From: Dehalococcoidia bacterium
GTDB lineage: Bacteria > Chloroflexota > Dehalococcoidia > GIF9 > AB-539-J10
Length of the DNA: 39,326 nucleotides
Direction: 5' to 3'
NCBI GenBank assembly: GCA_029859145.1
Contig: JAOUDT010000001.1
Coordinates: 1-39,326 of the forward strand
Shown in pieces: positions 15,635-22,053 of the stretch (position 1 is its first letter; each line of letters opens with the position of its first letter). The position numbers and the translations under genes are program-made. The notes beneath the pieces were generated by a model. The model ran no database searches. It was not told the DNA's origin and saw nothing but the letters and a program-made list of their open reading frames with translations.

Positions 15635-16744
15635 TCACGCCAGGACTTTTTTCGGGACTTCTCTGAGGATACTCTCCGCTTCCCTGACGATCTCCTGCAC
15701 TAAATCGTTGACCTTCGGCATATCTTTAACTCTCTGAGCGGCTTCCCCGGCAGCCATCATCGCTTTTTCCTTGTCCCCTTCGTAGACAGCTTTGATGGAT
15801 TCAATCTCAAAATCAGTTAACATATCAGCCGTGGAGTAGTCCTCCGGGATTCCCAGAAAAACACCGGGTGATTTCTGGAGGGTGTTCTTGGCATGTTCGC
15901 TGCTGCGCGGCGTCTTCACCCATCGAGCTGGTCCGACAAAGCCGCGGGCTACCAGTGTGCCTCTATCTCCACAAGCTACAACACCTTCCTTCCATATCTG
16001 AGGGAAATCGCTTTCCAGTGTTGCCAGAAAACGTGTTCCTATCTGAGCTCCGTCTGCCCCTAGAATCATTGCTGCCGCCAGCGTCCGGCCATCGCAAAAC
16101 CCACCGGCGCCGGCGACCAAAGTATTGTCATCTGAGACGGCGTCCACAACAGCCGGGAGTAGAACCATTGAGTGAACAGGTTCCCAAGAGACGTGGAAGC
16201 CTCCTTCATGACCGGAAGCTACTATCACGTCCACGCCGGCTTTCTTACAGCGTAAGGCAGCCCTCACCGAGGGCACGACGTGAATCCAGGTGAATCCCCC
16301 ACCTTTTATTTTTTCTGCCCAGCCCACAGGGTCGCCTGCGGACGTAAAAATCACTTTAAAGTGGTCTTTCATATCGTGGTCCTCCTGACGGACCCTGATA
16401 GCTGTATCAATCAGCACTCGCGAATACTGGATGACTTCCGCTGAGACCATTACATTGATGCCGAACACGCCGTCTTTGTCTTTGACCAGCCTGTTTGTAC
16501 GCTTCAGTACTTTTTCCAGCGCTGTAGCCATATCGTCCTCAGATTTGGCCTCTCCGGTTTCGACGAAGGCTTTGTAGATCCAGGGCTGCCTTTCCTTTTC
16601 AAAAAGGCCGCTCGTGGAGAGCAACCCGAGGACGCCTGCGCTGGCTGCGGCAACGCAAAGATTGTTGTTGCTAAATGGGCCCATCCCCGCCTGTATGATG
16701 GGATATTTGATTCCCAGACGGTCACACAATCTTGATTTAATCAT
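15635..16744 (-). CDS. NAD(P)H-dependent flavin oxidoreductase (nitronate monooxygenase / FabK-like TIM barrel)
   Basis: Contains LGIKYPIIQAGMG and a glycine-rich FMN-binding C-terminal half. Start chosen at MIKSRL, after AAGAGGTGA. The ORF track extends to 16771. Confidence 0.8.
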   Translation of the reverse strand: MIKSRLCDRLGIKYPIIQAGMGPFSNNNLCVAAASAGVLGLLSTSGLFEKERQPWIYKAFVETGEAKSEDDMATALEKVLKRTNRLVKDKDGVFGINVMVSAEVIQYSRVLIDTAIRVRQEDHDMKDHFKVIFTSAGDPVGWAEKIKGGGFTWIHVVPSVRAALRCKKAGVDVIVASGHEGGFHVSWEPVHSMVLLPAVVDAVSDDNTLVAGAGGFCDGRTLAAAMILGADGAQIGTRFLATLESDFPQIWKEGVVACGDRGTLVARGFVGPARWVKTPRSSEHAKNTLQKSPGVFLGIPEDYSTADMLTDFEIESIKAVYEGDKEKAMMAAGEAAQRVKDMPKVNDLVQEIVREAESILREVPKKVLA

Positions 16745-17038
16745 AGCGTCACCTCTTTCTTTCCCAATCACGACATTACAGATATAGCATTGCTGCAGGC
16801 CAAAACGATGATCGTGTTATCAAACGAAGGCAAAGACTCACCCAGCTAGATTGTCTTTCTCGCAACTTTCCCAGTTCTGTATTATAGCCTAGGATTCTTG
16901 ATTTTAGAAGATTAGGTGCTCTTTCTTTCTGTCTCTTGAACCTAGCCGACAGCCATATCGACATCTTCCCCCTAGGACACCGAGGACGATTTGAGTAATG
17001 GCTGGCCTAGACACAGGCAGTGCGTTTGACAAAGTCTA

Positions 17039-17067
17039 TTGACTTTCTGACACTTCGTCTCTAGAAT
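17039..17067 (+). promoter_or_regulatory. Sigma-70-type promoter candidate (TTGACT-17-TAGAAT) for the DUF3096-like gene
   Basis: -35 at 17039-17044, 17-nt spacer, -10 at 17062-17067, about 50 nt upstream of ATG 17118. Confidence 0.45.
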
Positions 17068-17117
17068 CGCAATCGAAGCTCTAGCCTCAGATTTAACAAG
17101 GGAGGTACAGGACTATC

Positions 17118-17255
17118 ATGAAAGTAAGTGGTTTAGCGACGGGGATAGTAGCGATTGTTGTCGGAATATTGGTTCTGGGTTTCCCCGATTTGGTGCGATG
17201 GATCCTGGGAATTGGACTCATCGTGGTTGGTCTGCTAGCCATTCTCAGAAAGTGA
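17118..17255 (+). CDS. Small two-helix membrane protein (DUF3096-like, 45 aa)
   Basis: Not in the ORF track because it is shorter than 60 aa. Own translation: MKVSGLATGIVAIVVGILVLGFPDLVRWILGIGLIVVGLLAILRK. GGGAGG lies 8 nt upstream. Confidence 0.6.
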   Translation: MKVSGLATGIVAIVVGILVLGFPDLVRWILGIGLIVVGLLAILRK

Positions 17256-17308
17256 CGCTACCCATACAGCCATTACCTGATCGGACCTGACCTATTTACT
17301 TCCAATAG

Positions 17309-17337
17309 TTGCAATTTTCCAAGTGCCTTATTATACT
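17309..17337 (+). promoter_or_regulatory. Sigma-70-type promoter candidate (TTGCAA-17-TATACT) for the zinc-ribbon/RRM genes
   Basis: -35 at 17309-17314, 17-nt spacer, -10 at 17332-17337. This predicts a 5' UTR of about 110 nt. Confidence 0.45.
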
Positions 17338-17403
17338 TAAGCCAGTGGTTATCAGTGTAGGTTGCCACGTCTCTGTGAGAGCTCTTCCGGGCCCATTCGC
17401 GAA

Positions 17404-17457
17404 CGTTGGATGACCGAGACTCGAGCCAATTATTAAAAGAAAGGAGGTCATCCAATG
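17404..17457 (+). promoter_or_regulatory. RBS/start-codon-sequestering hairpin in the 5' UTR of the zinc-ribbon gene
   Basis: 17404-17415 (CGUUGGAUGACC) pairs with 17446-17457 (GGUCAUCCAAUG). That gives 12 bp including one G-U, with a 30-nt loop. The 3' arm covers the last 2 nt of the SD AAGGAGG through the AUG. Confidence 0.5.
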
Positions 17458-17760
17458 GGATTTGCGGACAAAACGCTACAATGTGCTGACTGTGGCGCCA
17501 AATTCACCTTTACCGCTCAGGAACAAGAGTTCTATGCTGGTAGGGGATATACCAATGAGCCCAAGCGTTGCCCTTCTTGCCGTGAGGCAAAGAGAGCCCA
17601 GTTTAACAACTCCAGAGGCCCCAGAGCTAGCCGCCAGATGCATGCCGCGGTATGTGTTGAGTGTGGCAAGGAATGTGAAGTGCCCTTTGAGCCCCGAGAG
17701 GGCCGACCAGTGTATTGTAGTGAATGCTACAGCAAAAACAGGCCAAGCAGTCGAACGTAA
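17455..17760 (+). CDS. Zinc-ribbon protein with two CxxC...CxxC units (CxxC-x17-CxxC domain type)
   Basis: 101 aa. The first unit is CADC...CPSC. The second is CVEC-x17-CSEC. AAGGAGG SD is present. Two overlapping ORFs in other frames or on the other strand are treated as spurious. Confidence 0.75.
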   Translation: MGFADKTLQCADCGAKFTFTAQEQEFYAGRGYTNEPKRCPSCREAKRAQFNNSRGPRASRQMHAAVCVECGKECEVPFEPREGRPVYCSECYSKNRPSSRT

Positions 17761-17781
17761 TTCACTGTAGCTGAATCCAAA

Positions 17782-17807
17782 GGGGGCTGGAACCAAAGCC
17801 AGCCCCC
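17782..17807 (+). terminator. Stem-loop (9-bp GC-rich stem GGGGGCUGG/CCAGCCCCC, 8-nt loop) between the zinc-ribbon and RRM genes
   Basis: Seen directly, 22 nt after the stop codon. The U-tract is weak (GAAGGUUU). It may be a terminator, attenuator or processing signal. Confidence 0.45.
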
Positions 17808-17897
17808 GAAGGTTTAGAAATAGAGAAATCCAGTATGTTCTAGAAGGCTGCCTGCACGCAGGGCAAGGAAATAAAAATTGAAAGGGGGGTTAATAGT

Positions 17898-18239
17898 GTG
17901 AACATATATGTGGGGAATCTATCTCGGGAGGTTACCGAAGACGAACTGCGCAAGGCATTTGAAGCCTTTGGCCAGGTCACATCGGTAAACATCATCAAGG
18001 ACAGGTACAGCGGCGAGTCTCGGGGTTTTGGGTTTGTTGAGATGACAACGAAATCTGAAGCACAGGCGGCCATCAACGGCCTTAATGGAACATCCCTGAA
18101 AGAGCGGACGCTGAGTGTTAGTGAGGCGCGCCCCCGTGCTGAGGGCGGCAGGAGACCCTTTGGCGGTGGCGGATTCGGCGGGGGAGGCAGAGGAGGCGGT
18201 AGATTTGGTGGTGGAGGAGGTGGACGGCGCAGATACTAA
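17898..18239 (+). CDS. RRM-type RNA-binding protein with a Gly/Arg-rich (RGG) tail
   Basis: RNP2 is NIYVGNL and RNP1 is RGFGFVEM. The C-terminus is GGGGFGGGGRGGGRFGGGGGGRRRY. GTG start follows AAAGGGGGG. Confidence 0.9.
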   Translation: MNIYVGNLSREVTEDELRKAFEAFGQVTSVNIIKDRYSGESRGFGFVEMTTKSEAQAAINGLNGTSLKERTLSVSEARPRAEGGRRPFGGGGFGGGGRGGGRFGGGGGGRRRY

Positions 18240-18599
18240 GCTACGAATACAGTACAAATTTAGCCATTCGCAACGGTGACTTGCGGTTTCAAGCTGAGAC
18301 AAGGGCGTTTCTCGCTCCCTGAAGTCTGAGAAGCGGGCGTTGGTGTCATTTTATTGAGGTCGTCACTTTCTTGATAGTGCTTGATGACGTGATTCAGTGA
18401 ACTTTGTCGTCAGTTCCACCACCTGCGACGAATGTCTTTAACAGGACCAATGGCTTTTATCACCGCTAGGTATAAGAATACCTACCGTGAGTATGCAGAG
18501 AACATCCCCATACCAGCTTTGAATAGTATAGATGGCGTAGAGACAATGGTTTGAGAAGAAGTAGATATCCTATCGCAAATAAGGAGAAGGAGGCACGCC

Positions 18600-18857
18600 T
18601 TGGACTTGATAGAATTGCTCGGATTCATGGGTGGAGCTTTGACCACAGTAGGATTCATCCCGCAAGTATGGCGTCTATTCAGACTGAGGAGTGCCCATGA
18701 GATAAGCCTGCCGTTCACAACCTTCTTCATCGCCGGCATAGGTTTCTGGCTGTCCTACGGAATTTCAAAGGGGCTGCCATCATTAATCATATGGAATGCC
18801 GTAACTTTTGCCCTAGGGTGGGCCATGCTATATGCGAAGCTGAGATATGGCAGATAG
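18600..18857 (+). CDS. SemiSWEET / PQ-loop family transporter (3-TM unit, 85 aa)
   Basis: Contains the PQ motif (GFIPQVWRLFR) and three hydrophobic helices. TTG start lies 6 nt after GGAGG. Confidence 0.7.
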   Translation: MDLIELLGFMGGALTTVGFIPQVWRLFRLRSAHEISLPFTTFFIAGIGFWLSYGISKGLPSLIIWNAVTFALGWAMLYAKLRYGR

Positions 18858-18934
18858 TCCCGGCGACTATTGGATTATCCCCAGCCACCCGACTGAGCCA
18901 TTTGCCGCGCTGGCTAACAGAGAAGACTCGTTAC

Positions 18935-19402
18935 CTAACTCTCAAAGGTCTTGTCAAAATTGATGATAGGGCTGCGCTTGAAACCCTGCCGCTTGAAGAG
19001 GGCCTGCAGCTCTTCGTTGCCTCTTGGAATGAGAGCACGGACCGTTTCAATACCTTCCGTCTGGCAGTGTTTCAAGAGCGCATCTATTAATTTTGCGCCA
19101 ATGCCCAGTCCACGATAGTCGGGGTGAACGAGTATGGCGTGAATAATACACACTTCAGTAAGCGGTACCATCAGGTATGTAGAACGATTGATCGAAAAGC
19201 CAACCATTTTGCCATCAATCTCAGCTACAAAACTCATATCCGGCGCTGTCCCCGGGTCAGCAGAAGCTATGTCTTCATACTTGATAACATCGCGCCTGTG
19301 GCCCGTAATTATCCTATCAAGAAATAGAACCTCATGAATGTCGTTACGTGTCATGCGGCGAATCGTTAATTTGGCCTCTTCTGCTTTACTCATCTTAGGC
19401 AC
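18935..19402 (-). CDS. GNAT family N-acetyltransferase
   Basis: 155 aa. The acetyl-CoA-binding motif is ILVHPDYRGLGIGAKLIDALLKHC. Confidence 0.85.
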   Translation of the reverse strand: MPKMSKAEEAKLTIRRMTRNDIHEVLFLDRIITGHRRDVIKYEDIASADPGTAPDMSFVAEIDGKMVGFSINRSTYLMVPLTEVCIIHAILVHPDYRGLGIGAKLIDALLKHCQTEGIETVRALIPRGNEELQALFKRQGFKRSPIINFDKTFES

Positions 19403-19481
19403 CTCCAGCCTTACGGTTGCCTCAAACAGTCCCTCCTCTATCTGAAGCTGGTGGCAGGCAACCCCTCATTCTGTGCGGGCT

Positions 19482-19510
19482 ATTATACCCTCTCTCCAAC
19501 TCCCCATCAA
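19482..19510 (-). promoter_or_regulatory. Sigma-70-type promoter candidate (TTGATG-17-TATAAT) for the GNAT gene
   Basis: On the minus strand the -35 is at 19510-19505 and the -10 at 19487-19482. Confidence 0.4.
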
Positions 19511-19694
19511 GACCTTGTCTCCTTTCAGCCTGGGCAGGGCCGAATTGATTCTTCCGGTAGCTCAGTGGCAGCCTTTTGTGAATACTTTGTAGCTGGGTCA
19601 GTAGTGGACAGTAGAAAACGTGAGCCTGTGACATCCCATGTTCTAAGATAGGAGCCCTCATCACCGAGTGGACTGTCTCAGGAGGGAGTCCGAA

Positions 19695-19895
19695 TCAACT
19701 ACATATCTTCTTGCGTCCAACTGCAGCTAAGGGAGCTACCGCTATCCACAGCGTAATGTTTATCAGCATGGCTGTGACGTAGTCAATATCCGCACCGACA
19801 CCCATTCTCACAGCAATGGCGTCCCAGAGAAGCATAAGGAAGAACGAACTCAAGAAGAAACCCGGTATTGCCGCCAATATTCTGAAGTAACCCAT
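19695..19895 (-). CDS. Small hydrophobic membrane protein (66 aa, 2 predicted TM helices), second gene of the padR operon
   Basis: MGYFRILAAIPGFFLSSFFLMLLW...INITLWIAVAPLAAVG. GGAGGG SD is present. The start lies 17 nt after the padR stop. Confidence 0.5.
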   Translation of the reverse strand: MGYFRILAAIPGFFLSSFFLMLLWDAIAVRMGVGADIDYVTAMLINITLWIAVAPLAAVGRKKICS

Positions 19896-19912
19896 TTTAG
19901 CCCTCCTTTGTC

Positions 19913-20425
19913 CTACTCTTCTAGCACAGACTCTATCTCACGATAGGCCCGGGAGAGAATCCCACAAATCAGCTCTGCTTTGTCGGCATCCAGCCTGCGA
20001 AAGCCCCTACCGAGCAAATCTTCGAGCGCGCGATACTCCGCCATCACCCTGACCATCCTGCCAACACTCGCGAAACCCCATCTATGTCTCATGTGCCTTC
20101 TCACGTCGTCGGCGATACCACTCTGAGTCTCCAGAAACTTGAGCCCTTCTTCGGTTATCGAGTAAACCCTTTTGCCTTCCTGCTCAGTGGAGCTGACATA
20201 TCCCATCTCCTGAAGCATCTGGAGCGTGGGGTAGATAACTCCGGGGCTCGGCTTATAGAAACCGTAGGACTGTTCCTCCAGTTCCCGGATGATGTCATAG
20301 CCGTGCCTTGGCTTGTCCTTCAGCAGGTCCAGTATTATGTATTTGAGGTCACCCCTGTGAAATGAAGCCCATCTCCGCGAACCTCGAAAGAATCGCTCTT
20401 GTTGAAACATCCGGCCTCTGAACAT
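19913..20425 (-). CDS. PadR family transcriptional regulator
   Basis: 170 aa. The winged HTH is LKYIILDLLKDKPRHGYDIIRELEEQSYGFYKPSPGVIYPTLQMLQEMGYV. AGGAGG SD is present. Confidence 0.85.
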   Translation of the reverse strand: MFRGRMFQQERFFRGSRRWASFHRGDLKYIILDLLKDKPRHGYDIIRELEEQSYGFYKPSPGVIYPTLQMLQEMGYVSSTEQEGKRVYSITEEGLKFLETQSGIADDVRRHMRHRWGFASVGRMVRVMAEYRALEDLLGRGFRRLDADKAELICGILSRAYREIESVLEE

Positions 20426-20464
20426 TTGAACCTCCTTTATGCCAAATAGAGTGGTCTGGCTTAA

Positions 20465-20492
20465 ATAATATCTAGATATATCTAGATATTAT
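20465..20492. promoter_or_regulatory. Perfect 28-bp palindrome ATAATATCTAGATATATCTAGATATTAT: candidate PadR operator
   Basis: I verified base by base that the sequence equals its own reverse complement. It overlaps the -10 and the predicted TSS of the padR promoter. Confidence 0.55.
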
Positions 20493-20515
20493 ACCCCCGC
20501 TCCCTCTTCTGTCAA
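20488..20515 (-). promoter_or_regulatory. Near-consensus sigma-70 promoter of padR (TTGACA-16-TATAAT)
   Basis: On the minus strand the -35 is at 20515-20510 and the -10 at 20493-20488. Confidence 0.55.
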
Positions 20516-20808
20516 GAGGTCTTCAGCCGAGCAAGCGATAACCTTAAAGAAAATTGCCAATTGAATTACACGCGGTGGGCACTAGGGACAGTTTGCACAC
20601 CTTTGTTTGAGAAGATGGGACTGATGTCGTAATGTAGAGCCGCGCTATTGGTGGACAGAACAGGCCCGATTTTTGAATTTATCTTCAGCCTTCCCGTTCA
20701 ATTGTTGTATAATACCCGAGCGCAAGTCCAAGAGTCCAAGGTGTCACGTTGTACAGACGAGACTATTCGACTTCTGCCGCGTATATGGACAGCTAGGAGG
20801 TAATCATA

Positions 20809-21342
20809 ATGATTGAACTGCCGACCGGCAGACAGACCTTTGATTTTGACTGCGGGGCAAAAGCATTGCAGCTTGTCATGGCGTACTACGGCATTGATAT
20901 TCCCGAGGGCGAATTGATGAAAGAATTGAGAATCGATGCTAATGGAGTCCCTATCCAAAATATGATATCTGTGGCTGAGGCAAAAGGGTTTCAGGTCATC
21001 TGGAAATGCGGATTTTCTTTGGACGAAGTGAAGCGATTGGTGGATGGAAAGCATCCGGTCATTGTGCTGGTCCAGGCGTGGGCGGAAAGGTACATGACGC
21101 TCGAGGATTGGAGGGCCGACAATGACGATGGGCACTATGTCATTGTTATCGCCCACTCTGATGATATTATTGTGTTTGAAGACCCATCATCTTTTCACAG
21201 AACATGGTTGACAGAAGAAGAATTTCTGGCCCGCTGGCATGATGTGGATCCCAGAACAGAGCTGGAGCTCAAGCATTTTGGCATGGTCTTGCTCGGGAAA
21301 GAGCCTGTGCCTCCGCAAAATACACTCAAGCACATGGACTAG
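20809..21342 (+). CDS. Stand-alone papain-fold cysteine peptidase, C39-like (Peptidase_C39_2 type)
   Basis: 177 aa. The candidate catalytic Cys is in FDCGAKALQLVMAYYG and the candidate His in DDGHYVIVIAH. There is no signal peptide or TM segment. AGGAGG SD is present. Confidence 0.6.
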   Translation: MIELPTGRQTFDFDCGAKALQLVMAYYGIDIPEGELMKELRIDANGVPIQNMISVAEAKGFQVIWKCGFSLDEVKRLVDGKHPVIVLVQAWAERYMTLEDWRADNDDGHYVIVIAHSDDIIVFEDPSSFHRTWLTEEEFLARWHDVDPRTELELKHFGMVLLGKEPVPPQNTLKHMD

Positions 21343-21465
21343 CCGGAGACGCCTCCCAGTTATTAAGGACAATTGACGGACCTTCTTTGCCAAACTGGTA
21401 CAAGAGTTGAATGCAAGTCGGCAACCTTGCTTTCTATGCTTTGCCAATACCCTGTGACGGAATCG

Positions 21466-21495
21466 ATGGTGGGCGGTAGAGAAGTTGAAACTCAG
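21466..21495 (-). other. tRNA-Val(TAC) 3'-end-like fragment
   Basis: atggtgggcggtagag (21466-21481) is identical to 25801-25816, which is the CCA end, acceptor 3' strand and T-stem of tRNA-Val(TAC). About 26 of 31 positions match when the alignment is extended. Confidence 0.35.
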
Positions 21496-21821
21496 CTTCC
21501 GTGTATCAAACGAGCTACATCGGCTGCAGCATCAGCCTTCGAAGCACATCCCAGTGCTAGCAACAGGTCTCCCACGGCATGATCTCGTTCCAACCGGTGA
21601 CGCATTGGTAATTCAGGACGGACCGTATATAGGTTACACCTGCCTTCCCTGCGCTTTATTATGTACCCTGCTGCCTCAAGTTCAGTGATGATTTTCTGGA
21701 CACCTCTCTGAGTGAGGCCCACTTCCCGGGATATTGCTTCCGTTGTGCTTCTCGGGCATTTGGCAATATATACGAATACCCGTCCGTAGTTAGAGAGGAA
21801 AGTCCACTGTCCTTTCTTCAA
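21492..21821 (-). CDS. Winged-helix (ArsR/MarR-like) transcriptional regulator
   Basis: 109 aa. Contains STTEAISREVGLTQRGVQKIITELEAAGYIIKRREGRCNLYTV. TTG start lies 5 nt after AGGAGG. Confidence 0.6.
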   Translation of the reverse strand: MKKGQWTFLSNYGRVFVYIAKCPRSTTEAISREVGLTQRGVQKIITELEAAGYIIKRREGRCNLYTVRPELPMRHRLERDHAVGDLLLALGCASKADAAADVARLIHGS

Positions 21822-21841
21822 CTAGGCCTCCTGATACTGCA

Positions 21842-21871
21842 TTGACATTAGTCGAGCAGTCGGGATATAAT
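21842..21871 (+). promoter_or_regulatory. Near-consensus sigma-70 promoter (TTGACA-18-TATAAT) upstream of pycB, predicting a leader of about 175 nt
   Basis: -35 at 21842-21847 and -10 at 21866-21871. A 6-bp inverted repeat ATGAAC-N18-GTTCAT (21873-21902) follows immediately. Confidence 0.45.
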
Positions 21872-22053
21872 GATGAACTGTGATACGCATATTGCTGTTC
21901 ATATATTAACATAACCCGGGAATTACGTCAATCGCCTTTTGACAGCCTAAAGAGATGTCGGAATCTGAGACCAAGCCACATGACTTGACGCTTCGACATC
22001 AAACCAAGTTGGGGTTGCACAGTATGAGAAAAGGAAGATAGAAGGGAATTTAG

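Noticed and set aside
19556-19573. tRNA-like D-arm string GGTAGCTCAGTGGCAGCC
   Set aside because: The D-stem does not close (GCTC...CAGC). No anticodon or T-arm can be folded downstream. It lies in the GNAT leader or terminator region and is probably coincidental.
21795-21805. GAGGAAAGTCC, the RNase P RNA CR-I signature
   Set aside because: It lies inside, and antisense to, the wHTH coding sequence. None of the other conserved RNase P regions follow.
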